From: an uncultured Candidatus Saccharibacteria bacterium
GTDB taxonomy: Bacteria; Patescibacteriota; Saccharimonadia; Saccharimonadales; UBA10212
Length of the DNA: 64,000 bases
Reading direction: 5' to 3'
Assembly (NCBI GenBank): GCA_964448095.1
Contig: CAYUUT010000004.1
Span: forward strand, 14,289 to 78,288
The notes under the pieces are model-generated. The model did not search any database, was not told the origin of the DNA, and saw nothing but the letters and a program-made list of their open reading frames with translations. Numbering within the stretch: position 1 is the first letter of the stretch; every line of letters begins with the position of its first letter. Below are positions 36,020 through 45,243 of the stretch, piece by piece. A program made the translations under genes and the position numbers.

Positions 36020-37459
36020 TTATCTCGCTCCACCACCGCGCAGAACCGCGCGGAAAGTTTTTATAATAATCATTACATCCATCCAAAAACTCCAGTTCTG
36101 GACATAATAAAGATCTAATTTACGCCGTTCTGGAACTGGGAGGTTTTTGCGACCAGAAATCTGTGCTAGTCCGGTTAGCCCGGACTTGACGCTCAATATT
36201 GCGTGGCGTTTGTTGGCTAGGTTGATTTCCTCTGGGATCAGCGCCCTTGGGCCTACCAAACTTAAGTCTCCTTTGAGGACATTGAATAACTGCGGCAACT
36301 CATCCAAAGTTGTCTTCCGCAAAAATCGACCAAAGGACGTGACCCGGGGATCGTCATCTAGAAAGTCTCCATTTTCGCGGTAAGCTTTAGCCAGCTCCGG
36401 TCGGCCCATCATGGCAAAGGCCTCTTCTGGCGTTGTGCCATCGTACTTTTTATATTGGCTGCGGAACTTGAAGACCCGGAATTTCTGATTAAAGCGAGTC
36501 AAGCGCGTTTGTCGGAAAAATACCGAGCCGCTGGCGAAGGGATTAATAATGGCAATTACGAACATAAAGGGAAGAGCAATAATCAGAAAGATTGCGCCAA
36601 AGACTAAGTCAAACAACCGTTTAGCAATTCGTCCCCAGCCAATTAGGGCTGTCTGGTGCACGGCGATTACAGGTATGGAGGAGCGGAATAATTCAACTGC
36701 AATATTACCCACGAACAATTCGCTGTTACCGGGGATAAAGCGGTAAGCAATATGATTAGCCTGAGCAAACTCCAAGATATAATTGTTTTCTTGGTTAGAA
36801 GAATAGAGCTCGGTCTGGACAATGCTGTGAATATCGTTAGTGTGCAGCTTGGCGACCGCTGCTTCAAACGTTGGAAATAACTTAAAATCGGCAAACCGGT
36901 CTTTGGCATGTTCTTTACTGGCTACAATGCCGACAATTCGATAACCGGAAATTCGCCAGTTGGCTAGTCCAGCTGTCAGCACATCGGCAATTTTAGTGTT
37001 GCCAATAATTAATAAGTTAGTGACGCCGATATCGTAACGGAAGAGTTCGCTACGGACAAGGCGAGCTAAATTGCGAAAAACCACTAAAAAAACAAACGCC
37101 AGGATAAAACCATAGACCGGCACCAGGCGCGCTGGGAAGATTATCCGGTTGGTGGCATAACCGTAGCTGACCACGAATAACAGGCCGACAAAAGAACCGA
37201 TAAATAACCTACCCGCCTCTGTGAAGCGTTTTTCGTAGATTGAACTGGTGTATAAACCAAGAACTGCGAAGGTTAAAATCCAAAACGGAAGTAGCAACAA
37301 GAATAAATCAAAATAAGTACTGGCGTGTACTGAATGGGCGATGGGACGGTGGTCGATGGAGACGCGCAGAATGTAAGCGCCGGAGAAAGCCGCCGCCAGC
37401 GCAAAAAAATCGCCCACCACCAGAAAAAAACTATATATTAGTGAGCTATTACTCTTCAT
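36020..37459 (-). CDS. Polyprenyl-phosphate hexose-1-phosphate transferase (WbaP/CpsE-like initiating enzyme)
   Basis: N-terminal TM bundle and central domain. The C-terminal bacterial sugar transferase domain has KRLFDLVFGAIFLIIALP, FRQTRL, KFRSQ and DELPQLFNVLKGDLSLVGPR. Confidence 0.88.
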   Translation of the reverse strand: MKSNSSLIYSFFLVVGDFFALAAAFSGAYILRVSIDHRPIAHSVHASTYFDLFLLLLPFWILTFAVLGLYTSSIYEKRFTEAGRLFIGSFVGLLFVVSYGYATNRIIFPARLVPVYGFILAFVFLVVFRNLARLVRSELFRYDIGVTNLLIIGNTKIADVLTAGLANWRISGYRIVGIVASKEHAKDRFADFKLFPTFEAAVAKLHTNDIHSIVQTELYSSNQENNYILEFAQANHIAYRFIPGNSELFVGNIAVELFRSSIPVIAVHQTALIGWGRIAKRLFDLVFGAIFLIIALPFMFVIAIINPFASGSVFFRQTRLTRFNQKFRVFKFRSQYKKYDGTTPEEAFAMMGRPELAKAYRENGDFLDDDPRVTSFGRFLRKTTLDELPQLFNVLKGDLSLVGPRALIPEEINLANKRHAILSVKSGLTGLAQISGRKNLPVPERRKLDLYYVQNWSFWMDVMIIIKTFRAVLRGGGAR

Positions 37460-37484
37460 ATCGCTATACTAGATTGTATCACTT

Positions 37485-38831
37485 ATGAACCCCGATAAGA
37501 CCGCCGCCAGAAAAGCCACCGCCCTATCCTGGATAATTATTTTGATACTGGCTTTACTACCATTTCACGCCTTTTTAACGGTCTGGCTATCTAGCTTGGT
37601 AGGACATTACACACTACTACGGCTCTGGAAAGAGATTCTATTAATTCCGGTCTTTACTGGTGTGGTCTATCTCTTAAGCGCGAGTCGATACTTAAGAAAG
37701 AAACTTTTTGACAGCTGGTTGACACGGATAATTCTTATTTATGCGCTACTGTTGCTGACTACCGGATTTATCGCGTTTTTTTATCATGACGTGACCGCTA
37801 AGGCCCTGGCCTACGGCGAACTAGCGGATTTGAGGTTCTTGTTCTTTTTCCTGGCAGTTTTGGTAATTTGCGCATTTTCGCCGCTGCTGCGACAAAAATG
37901 GCGAGCTTCGTTGTTGCTACCGGCAACTTTGGTAATTATCTTTGGACTATTGCAATACTGGGTGTTGCCTAATGATTTTTTGCGGCACTTTGGCTACGGA
38001 CACCACACAATTACAATCTACGAAACCATCAACAACAACATTAATAGTATTCGTATTGGTTCAACTCTGCGCGGTGCGAACCCGTTGGGCGCATACATGG
38101 TATTAGTAATTAGCGCGGCTGTTTCACTCCTAACGGCTAGTAGCAGGAAAAGACCCAGCCAGCTCTTATGGCTGCTTGGAGCCTTCTTGGTGTTGGTGTT
38201 CAGCTACTCGCGCAGCGCCTGGATAGGCGCTGCGCTTAGCGTAGCAATAATCCTCTGGATATCGTTAGAGTCTGCTCGCCTACGCCGATGGTTGCTCATA
38301 GCTGGCGGCACACTGGTTGTTTTTGCCTGTGCCGCCGGATTTGTGCTGCGCAACAACACAACCTTCCAATATGATACTTTGCACACTGACAGTCGAGCCT
38401 CAACTACAATGACTTCCAATCAGGGTCACGCAATAGCTTTTAGGAAAGGCATACACGACATTGTTCACCAACCTCTGGGCGGTGGTACGGGTACAGCCGG
38501 ACCAGCTTCGGTGTACAACAACCGGCCCGGCCGCGTCGCTGAAAATTATTTTCTACAGATTGGTCAGGAAGCCGGTGTTGTGGGCATGGGCTTATTCATT
38601 GCTATCAATATCATGGTCGGGCTTAAGCTTTGGCGCCAACGCCGCGAGCCGCTGGCTCTGGCGCTGTTTGCCAGCTTGATTGGTCTGAGCTTTGTAAATA
38701 TGCTCTCGCACGCCTGGACCGATGATACCCTGGCGTATATCTGGTGGGGCTTGGCTGGTATCAGCCTGTCTCCTGTTATACTGGACCATAAAGGTAATAA
38801 CAGTGCCAAAAAGATCAAAGCAACAGCGTAA
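37485..38831 (+). CDS. O-antigen ligase / Wzy_C-domain polytopic membrane protein
   Basis: More than 10 TM helices. The periplasmic-loop region YSRSAWIGAALSVAI is typical of the Wzy_C (PF04932) family. Confidence 0.75.
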   Translation: MNPDKTAARKATALSWIIILILALLPFHAFLTVWLSSLVGHYTLLRLWKEILLIPVFTGVVYLLSASRYLRKKLFDSWLTRIILIYALLLLTTGFIAFFYHDVTAKALAYGELADLRFLFFFLAVLVICAFSPLLRQKWRASLLLPATLVIIFGLLQYWVLPNDFLRHFGYGHHTITIYETINNNINSIRIGSTLRGANPLGAYMVLVISAAVSLLTASSRKRPSQLLWLLGAFLVLVFSYSRSAWIGAALSVAIILWISLESARLRRWLLIAGGTLVVFACAAGFVLRNNTTFQYDTLHTDSRASTTMTSNQGHAIAFRKGIHDIVHQPLGGGTGTAGPASVYNNRPGRVAENYFLQIGQEAGVVGMGLFIAINIMVGLKLWRQRREPLALALFASLIGLSFVNMLSHAWTDDTLAYIWWGLAGISLSPVILDHKGNNSAKKIKATA

Positions 38832-39294
38832 ACTAATCATCCAGTTTGTTGAATACATGGTCAGCGGCGGGGTTTATTTTTGGGTTGGCTATCTTCTGTT
38901 GGACTATCTCTACTACGCGCGGCACTGGAGCTTATGGTGGTCAACGATAATCAGTAATGTTATCGGCTGGGCGGTTAACTTTACACTGCAGCGCTTCTGG
39001 GTATTCAATAACAAAGCCCTCAAAGATCACCAAACGCAGGTTACCAGTCGATATATTCTCATAACCTTGGTTGATTTCCTGATGAGCTACGCTATCTTAT
39101 ACAGTTTAAGGAAGGTCGGTATCACTCCTGCTATTGGCCAGTTCATATCCTCGGCTTTCTTCACGTTTTGGAACTATCTGTGGTACCGTTTCTGGGTCTT
39201 CCCGGAGCACATGGCTAAGCATAAGGCTAGGGTCACGCCGGCGCGCATAGTTGCGCACCGTGCTCACGGCCACAGCGCATATCATATAGGTTAG
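38803..39294 (+). CDS. GtrA-family small membrane protein (third paralog)
   Basis: KLIIQFVEYMVSGGVYFWVGYLL...FWVFNNK...WNYLWYRFWVF. I prefer the GTG at 38803 to the ORF-track start at 38722, which would overlap the upstream gene by 110 nt. An ATG at 38857 is also possible. Confidence 0.65.
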   Translation: MPKRSKQQRKLIIQFVEYMVSGGVYFWVGYLLLDYLYYARHWSLWWSTIISNVIGWAVNFTLQRFWVFNNKALKDHQTQVTSRYILITLVDFLMSYAILYSLRKVGITPAIGQFISSAFFTFWNYLWYRFWVFPEHMAKHKARVTPARIVAHRAHGHSAYHIG

Positions 39295-39296
39295 CT

Positions 39297-39779
39297 ATGG
39301 AAGAAAAAACTCAGGCTATTCGCCCAACCAAAAAACAAAAGGAACTACTGACTTTCATCGAAGATTTTATTGCCGAACATGGCTATAGTCCCAGCTATCG
39401 TGAAATTATGCAGGGAACTGGCCACACATCTGTAGCTACGGTCAGCCTACATGTTAACAACTTGATTCGGCGGGGCCATTTGCGCAAGCGCGACCGTTCG
39501 GCCCGCTCGCTGGAAGTAGTAAAGCCGAGTCTGGCCGCCGATAAAAAAATCATTCCTAAGCAGCTGAAAACCTCGGAAGAAAAGTGGCTGGTCGAAAAGG
39601 TCGAACAGTTTTTTAAAGAGGCTGAAAACACACCGAAGGTAACCGAAAGGGAGCTCGACCGGCTATATGTTCTAATTGGTGCACTCAAAGTTTTGGGGCT
39701 GGACGGCGCCGCCCAAGCATTCATTGCCCGGCTAAGTAGCCTTAAGCAAAAGCTGGACGATACCGAATACGCAGTTTAG
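39297..39779 (+). CDS. LexA-N-terminal-like winged-helix DNA-binding protein lacking the S24 peptidase domain
   Basis: [55 protein letters not shown] matches the LexA DNA-binding domain pattern. The C-terminal 80 aa are helical and show no Ala-Gly site or Ser/Lys dyad motifs. Confidence 0.65.
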   Translation: MEEKTQAIRPTKKQKELLTFIEDFIAEHGYSPSYREIMQGTGHTSVATVSLHVNNLIRRGHLRKRDRSARSLEVVKPSLAADKKIIPKQLKTSEEKWLVEKVEQFFKEAENTPKVTERELDRLYVLIGALKVLGLDGAAQAFIARLSSLKQKLDDTEYAV

Positions 39780-41296
39780 TGAATAGCAGTGGCTGCGCCG
39801 GGCGCGCCACCTTCGGATGCCGTGGGATGGGCGTCATGGCTGCTGCGCAGTGGCACCTCTTTTATGAACCAGCTGGCAAAGAAAGCGATTGAAACAACCA
39901 GACCAGAAATTAGGAAAACGTCACCGATAGCATTTGACAGAGCACTTTGAATTGCTGGCGTAACGTTGCTAGCGCTTAAGTTAGACAATTGGCTTGCCGT
40001 AACACGAGTGGCGGTGTGAGCTAACTGATGACTAAGCCGGTTGTTAAGGATGCAGCCCATAACTGCTACGCCAACTGTGGCGCCTATGCTTCTGAACATT
40101 TGCACCGATGCCGTGACAACGCCCAGCCTTGAATGGGGAAAGGCATTTTGAACTATCAGGTTGAAAATAGGCATGCCGAGACCCAAACCGGCACCAAGCA
40201 ATATCATGTGCCTGGTTAATTGCGCGCTTGTAGTGCTTACGCTGACGGTACTCAACCATAACAGACCGATGGTAATGGCTGCCGTACCGCCAATTGCCAA
40301 TTTTTTGTAGCGACCAGTGCGCGACACTAACTGACCGGCAAAAACGCTGACGAACACTAAGCTTAAAACTAGCGGCGTCAGAATCACACCGGAATTAGTT
40401 GCCGTGCGTCTCAATACGTCTTGTGCGAACAACGGTATATAGAGAATTGCCCCGAACATTGCAAAGCCAATCAGGAAAACGATTAGCATCGATAGGCTAA
40501 AGGTATGATTTTTGAAGAGATCAAGTGGCAGAATAGCGTCGTGCGGCCGGCGGTGTTCGACGATGCCGAACAATACCAACAAGATTACCGATAAGCAAAA
40601 GATGCCAACTACCTCGAACGAGCCCCAAGCGTACTGGTTGCCGCCCCAGACAAACCCCAAGAGTAAGCTGGTTAAGCCGCCAGCCAGCAGGCCGGCGCCC
40701 AGATAGTCGATGACCCTCCGGCCCTTGGCGGGAATGTGCGGCATGAAGCTGCTAATCATAAAGAAAGCCAGAATGCCTACGGGCACGTTTACGTAAAAAA
40801 TCCAACGCCAGCTGGCGTGGTCAGTCAGATAGCCGCCCAGCAACGGGCCAAGCACACTGGCCAGTCCGAATACAGCACCAATGATGCCTTGCCAACGCCC
40901 GCGTTCTTTGGGCGAGAACAAATCACCAATAACCGCGAAGGCACTGCTCATGAGCATACCGGCTCCCACACCCTGCAAAGCCCTGAATATAATAAGTTCG
41001 GCCATATTTTGCGATAAGCCGCTTAGCGCTGAGCCCAATACGAAAATAAAAATTGAAGTTAAAAATATTTTTTTACGGCCGTAAATGTCGGACAGCTTAC
41101 CAGCTATTGGCACGGCTATCGTAGAAGTTAGCAAATAGGCTGTAACAACCCAGCTAAGATCTCTCAGGCCATGTAGCTCGGATACAATTCGGGGCAGGGC
41201 GGTTGCGACTATGGTCTGATCCAATGCAGCCAGTAACATACCGCTCATGACAGCCAGCATAATAGTTATCTTTTGTCTGATGGGCAGGTCAATCAT
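39776..41296 (-). CDS. MFS transporter, DHA2 (EmrB/QacA-like, 14-TMS) drug:H+ antiporter family
   Basis: [13 protein letters not shown] and [13 protein letters not shown] motifs. 506 aa. Directly downstream of marR. Confidence 0.85.
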   Translation of the reverse strand: MIDLPIRQKITIMLAVMSGMLLAALDQTIVATALPRIVSELHGLRDLSWVVTAYLLTSTIAVPIAGKLSDIYGRKKIFLTSIFIFVLGSALSGLSQNMAELIIFRALQGVGAGMLMSSAFAVIGDLFSPKERGRWQGIIGAVFGLASVLGPLLGGYLTDHASWRWIFYVNVPVGILAFFMISSFMPHIPAKGRRVIDYLGAGLLAGGLTSLLLGFVWGGNQYAWGSFEVVGIFCLSVILLVLFGIVEHRRPHDAILPLDLFKNHTFSLSMLIVFLIGFAMFGAILYIPLFAQDVLRRTATNSGVILTPLVLSLVFVSVFAGQLVSRTGRYKKLAIGGTAAITIGLLWLSTVSVSTTSAQLTRHMILLGAGLGLGMPIFNLIVQNAFPHSRLGVVTASVQMFRSIGATVGVAVMGCILNNRLSHQLAHTATRVTASQLSNLSASNVTPAIQSALSNAIGDVFLISGLVVSIAFFASWFIKEVPLRSSHDAHPTASEGGAPGAATAIH

Positions 41297-41734
41297 TTAT
41301 AAATCCTTACTTTTGTTTAGTGATACTACGAACATTTTTTGCGATAAACGCTTAAATTCTTCCAGCTCCTTAGCGCTGAGCGAATCAAGCGACGAACGAA
41401 TCCCAGCGTATTTATATTTATTTAGCTGATGCAAAACTTTTTTGCCGTTGGAACTAAGGCTAAGGCGGACTACTCGGCGGTCGTGCGCATCATTGCGGCG
41501 GCGCACCAAATCTTTATCTACCAAAGGCTCCAGCAACTGAGTAACGGCGCTCTTGCTAATACCCAGATAATCCGCGACGTCCTTGGGGTTGACCTGGTGG
41601 TGGTAGGAAATCATATAGAGCATGCCCAGTTGCGCATGCGACAGGCCGCTGGCTTTCCAGCCGGAATTAAATGCCGGCCGCTGACACTTGGCCAAATTCT
41701 CGACAATCTCTTGTATAAGTTCTGCTCTGCCCAT
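41297..41734 (-). CDS. MarR-family transcriptional regulator
   Basis: A winged-helix core (LSHAQLGMLYMI...DVADYLGISKSAVTQLLEPLVDKDLVRRRNDAHDRRVVRLSLSSNGKK). Confidence 0.88.
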   Translation of the reverse strand: MGRAELIQEIVENLAKCQRPAFNSGWKASGLSHAQLGMLYMISYHHQVNPKDVADYLGISKSAVTQLLEPLVDKDLVRRRNDAHDRRVVRLSLSSNGKKVLHQLNKYKYAGIRSSLDSLSAKELEEFKRLSQKMFVVSLNKSKDL

Positions 41735-41742
41735 AAATAATA

Positions 41743-41773
41743 GTTTAGCTACTTAAATATTAACTAACTAAAC
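41743..41773. promoter_or_regulatory. Imperfect 14-bp-arm palindrome, candidate MarR operator
   Basis: GTTTAGCTACTTAA-ATA-TTAACTAACTAAAC, with 12/14 arm positions complementary. Begins 9 nt upstream of the marR start codon. Confidence 0.45.
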
Positions 41774-41806
41774 CATTATTGTCAAGCTATGTATCCAGGA
41801 TGCCAA

Positions 41807-42052
41807 TTATTTGAAAACGAAGTAGGCAATAACTACTACTACGACCACTAACAGAACAATCAACCATTTCATGTTTTTGCCGCCTGATTTTGCATCTGCT
41901 GGCGCGGTAGCAGGTGCCGGCGGAGTTGGTGCAGCTGGGCTTGCGGCAGGGTCGGGGCTGGGCGCTGGAGCTGGATCAGGTGTTGGCGCAGCAGGGGCTG
42001 GTGTTTCGGTTGGCGGTGTTTGTGTTGGCGTTGGAGTTGTTTGGGGGTCCAT
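41807..42052 (-). CDS. Small Pro/Thr/Ala-rich protein with C-terminal TM anchor
   Basis: MDPQTTPTPTQTPPTETPAPAAP... low-complexity N-terminus, then KWLIVLLVVVVVVIAYFVF. The opposite-strand ORFs are Gly/Ala mirror artefacts. Confidence 0.45.
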   Translation of the reverse strand: MDPQTTPTPTQTPPTETPAPAAPTPDPAPAPSPDPAASPAAPTPPAPATAPADAKSGGKNMKWLIVLLVVVVVVIAYFVFK

Positions 42053-42109
42053 ACTTAATACCTTTTATCCTTACTTATGCGAATATTGTATCACGCTTGT
42101 GGTTGGTTT

Positions 42110-42961
42110 TTAGGCAAAATGGATAATCATCAGGCCGCCAGCCACTAAGCAGTAGATGGCAAAGGGTGTTAGGGTTTTGCTTTGGAAGTACTTAGTCAAA
42201 AAGCGTACCGAGAAGTATGCCGCCAGTCCGGCGGCTAAGCTGCCAACTAATACTTGGCCGCGAATGCCGTTACCGTTGGGGCCGAGTAAGTCCGGCAGCT
42301 TATAAATACCAGCGGCTAGAATTATTGGAGTAGCTAGTAAGAAAGAGAAGTTGGCGGCATCTTCGCGGCTTAAACCACGGACAAGGCCAGCGGTCATGGT
42401 AATGCCAGAGCGGCTAATACCGGCCAGTAGAGCCAGGACTTGGGCAACACCAATGACACCAGCCACATTATAGTCTAGTTTATCCAAAGACCGGCTGGCT
42501 TTGCGGTGCTCAGCTTTTCTTCGGAAATATTCACCAGTAAGCAGGATCAAACCATTAATAGTTAGAAATATTGCCGCCGACAGAGGTTTGGCAAACTGGG
42601 TGCGTAGCTTGTGCTCAAAGACTAACCCAACCAAGCCGGCAGGGATAGTCGCCACGACTAATAACCAAGCCAGTCTTTCGGTTGGGCCTTCAACCTTACG
42701 TCGATTAATTGACTCAAATAAGCCTTTGATAATCTTGGCCCAGGTTTTGCGGTAGAAAATAAGCAGCGCGATAGCCGTGGCACAGTGCAGGCCGACCACA
42801 AAGGCCAGATACGAAGACTCGCTGGCAGATTCGCTAGTGACGATATTATGCCAGCCCAGGAGTGCCGGCAGCAACACAGAATGTCCCAGGCTGGAAACCG
42901 GGAAAAGTTCGGTTACGCCCTGCAGCAGCCCGATTATTATCGCCTGGAAAAACGTAATCAT
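42110..42961 (-). CDS. uppP: Undecaprenyl-diphosphatase
   Basis: IIGLLQGVTELFPVSSLGH and SRSGITMTAGL motifs are canonical for UppP/BacA. Confidence 0.92.
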   Translation of the reverse strand: MITFFQAIIIGLLQGVTELFPVSSLGHSVLLPALLGWHNIVTSESASESSYLAFVVGLHCATAIALLIFYRKTWAKIIKGLFESINRRKVEGPTERLAWLLVVATIPAGLVGLVFEHKLRTQFAKPLSAAIFLTINGLILLTGEYFRRKAEHRKASRSLDKLDYNVAGVIGVAQVLALLAGISRSGITMTAGLVRGLSREDAANFSFLLATPIILAAGIYKLPDLLGPNGNGIRGQVLVGSLAAGLAAYFSVRFLTKYFQSKTLTPFAIYCLVAGGLMIIHFA

Positions 42962-43092
42962 CTACCCAGCAATTATAGCAGCCGAAAAGGCCAGTCAGCA
43001 GCAGCCGGTAAACACTGATGGGGGTGCTCCCGGACCTTTACAGTGATTAGGGTCACTGCTCCGAGCTGGCGGCGGGGTATAGCCTGTCAGGT

Positions 43093-43464
43093 ATGATAAA
43101 GGCAGTCCAAGACGGCAAGTACAGATTGATAGAGACGCGGCAAGCCAAAGTCCTGTTTTTGGATAAAACGGCGTACGTCTGGCTGGCAATTCCTGGAATT
43201 GGACAAATCCTAGAGCTTTCTCGTAGCCCACATAAGGCAGACCATATTCTGGCCCAAGGAAGTTACAGGATTTATGACGTTGAAGACGAGCCGCGCTTTT
43301 CAACCCACAAGCATCTGGAACTTTTCCTGGGCGAGGGGCAGTGGCAGGGTTATCTAATACTGAGCAGTTCGCCAGCAGGCTATAAAAGCCGTAGCCGAAT
43401 AGTCGCAACTACCGAGTCAATCGCTGGGCTTAGCCAATTAAAATCGCAAGCTACCAGAACTTAA
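43093..43464 (+). CDS. Hypothetical protein
   Basis: ATG-initiated 123-aa ORF with ordinary composition and no recognisable motif. A 137-aa ORF overlaps it on the opposite strand. Confidence 0.35.
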   Translation: MIKAVQDGKYRLIETRQAKVLFLDKTAYVWLAIPGIGQILELSRSPHKADHILAQGSYRIYDVEDEPRFSTHKHLELFLGEGQWQGYLILSSSPAGYKSRSRIVATTESIAGLSQLKSQATRT

Positions 43465-43501
43465 AAGAGGTAAAGTCAGCCATATCATCTATAATTAGGC
43501 T

Positions 43502-44158
43502 ATGGCAACACCTCCGCTAGTCGCCAAAAAGGTCGAGCAATTTTTTAGTGACTACCCCTTGAAGCAATTTGAAAAAGGCCAACTACTACTGTTAGCCGAC
43601 GAAAACCCAAAACATATTTTTTATCTTGTTAAAGGACTGGTTCGGGAATACGATATTTCCTATCGTGGCGAAGAGGTTGTAGTTAACGTCTTTAAACCGC
43701 TGGCATTTTTCCCGATGTCCTGGGCGGTCATTAAAATCCCCAACCGTTATTTTCTTGAGGCCGCCGAGGATGTTATTATCCGACTGGCGCCGCCGGAAGA
43801 AGTGCTGGAGTTTATAAAGCAGAATCCTGATGTCATGCTTGATCTTTTGAGCAGACTCTATAGCGGCGTTGACGGCTTGCGCCGGCGTATGGCCCATCTT
43901 ATGGGTGGCAGCGCCAAAAGCCGGTTACTTTTTGAGCTGATAGTCGAATGTCGCCGGTTCGGTAAGCCTAGCAAAGACGGCAGCTACCTGATAGATATGA
44001 ATGAAGCTGAAATTGGCGCCCGTGCTGGCCTAAGTCGCGAGACCGTCAGCCGTGAGATGAAGGAACTGAAAAAGGTCAACTTGTTGACGGTTAGTCGAAA
44101 AGGCGTACGGCTTAAAGATCTTGACAGACTAGAGAAAAGACTTGGCCCCGACCTCTAG
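43502..44158 (+). CDS. Crp/Fnr-family transcriptional regulator
   Basis: N-terminal cNMP-binding-like beta-roll and a C-terminal HTH (AEIGARAGLSRETVSREMKELKKVNLL). Confidence 0.82.
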   Translation: MATPPLVAKKVEQFFSDYPLKQFEKGQLLLLADENPKHIFYLVKGLVREYDISYRGEEVVVNVFKPLAFFPMSWAVIKIPNRYFLEAAEDVIIRLAPPEEVLEFIKQNPDVMLDLLSRLYSGVDGLRRRMAHLMGGSAKSRLLFELIVECRRFGKPSKDGSYLIDMNEAEIGARAGLSRETVSREMKELKKVNLLTVSRKGVRLKDLDRLEKRLGPDL

Positions 44159-44244
44159 CTGGTTTGGGACTTACAGAGTCACGTGAGTCTAGTCACTGAC
44201 TCAAACTGTCAGCAAGCATATAGTTCTGGGCGGAGGGTGCAACA

Positions 44245-45009
44245 ATGCAACGCTTAGAGACCATGCAGCAGATGCCAGGATTCACGTCCTTCCCTCGTTA
44301 TGCAGATTTGAATATCCTGGAGGCGATTCAGCTGGCTTTAGAAAAAACTCATCGTCTAAGACGTCCTATCACGTTCAGCACCCCTTATTTGTTACAGCGC
44401 CACATGGCACAGCTAAAGGCCGAGACTCATGAGGCTCACAAAGCCAAAGTCCGGCGGGTTAGGCGCGAACTACTAGAAGCAGGAGTCACCATGTATGGTT
44501 TGCTAAAGGCCGAGAGCCGCCATATATGTGACGTCCTTCATGACAACGAGCATATAGAAGCGGCGGTTTACGGGCAGCACCACTCCAGCTCGGTGATGCT
44601 CTTCGCTACCGATGATAGAATAATTTTCTTTGATAAAAAACCGACGGCAACTCTTCTTGATGAAGTCAGCTATGAAGTGGTTTCCGGGATTGAATTTGAT
44701 ATCCACCTCTTTACGGCGACCTTGGTTCTACATACTCCGGTTAAAAACTATGACATAAAGTTCGCTAACCTGCGCTGCGCCCAGAAATTTGCCCAACATA
44801 TCGAGAACAAACGACTAGAGAAAAAGGAAGAGGAGGAAGAAAAAATACATGCGGCAGAGACGATTGCCGAATACGATGCCAGAAAATTAAAAAACGATAC
44901 CGAACAAGCTACCGAACTACCCTTTGAGCTCAAAGAGGACATGGCCGGATATTATTGGCTGCCTGTGGACGAAGAAGAGAGAGACAAGCTCCAAAGCGTA
45001 GTCGAATAG
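44245..45009 (+). CDS. Hypothetical protein with bacterial PH-like (YokE-type) domain and acidic C-terminal tail
   Basis: VMLFATDDRIIFFDKKPTATLLDEVSYEVVSGIEFDIHLFTATLVLHT resembles bPH domain topology. The assignment is weak. Confidence 0.45.
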   Translation: MQRLETMQQMPGFTSFPRYADLNILEAIQLALEKTHRLRRPITFSTPYLLQRHMAQLKAETHEAHKAKVRRVRRELLEAGVTMYGLLKAESRHICDVLHDNEHIEAAVYGQHHSSSVMLFATDDRIIFFDKKPTATLLDEVSYEVVSGIEFDIHLFTATLVLHTPVKNYDIKFANLRCAQKFAQHIENKRLEKKEEEEEKIHAAETIAEYDARKLKNDTEQATELPFELKEDMAGYYWLPVDEEERDKLQSVVE

Positions 45010-45180
45010 AAAGCACGAACTCCGGGGAGAGACTAGAGCACATCTGGCAGCCGTGCTCGAAGCAATGCAATGAATCTCTGGAGAGGATACGAGTTATCAT
45101 CCGCCTGCGCAAACACTCGGTAATTGTCTATGGGGTCCCCGCAAAGTTTTACTTTGTGGGGAAAGGAGGAGCAATACAAG

Positions 45181-45226
45181 ACCCCGCCCGATTCGTGCCA
45201 TTTAGTTGCGCGAATCGAGGCGGGGT
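45181..45226 (-). terminator. Long bulged hairpin downstream of tRNA-Asn (possible terminator)
   Basis: ACCCCGCC+CGATTCG (45181-45195) pairs with CGAATCG+a+GGCGGGGT (45211-45226). A second hairpin is CCCCGCAAAG-TTTTA-CTTTGTGGGG at 45137-45161. Neither has a clear U-tract. Confidence 0.4.
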
Positions 45227-45243
45227 TGATATTAGTGACGACG

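Noticed and set aside
41871-42126. Gly/Ala-rich plus-strand ORFs (41871..42113 and 41914..42126)
   Set aside because: These are reverse-complement mirrors of the Pro/Thr/Ala-rich minus-strand gene. The minus frame ends in a proper TM helix and sits in an otherwise empty gap.
42995-43408. 137-aa minus-strand ORF antisense to 43093..43464
   Set aside because: It would extend into the uppP promoter region, and its composition is Pro/Gly/Cys/Leu-skewed. I kept the plus-strand ORF, though only at low confidence. Neither ORF is strongly supported.
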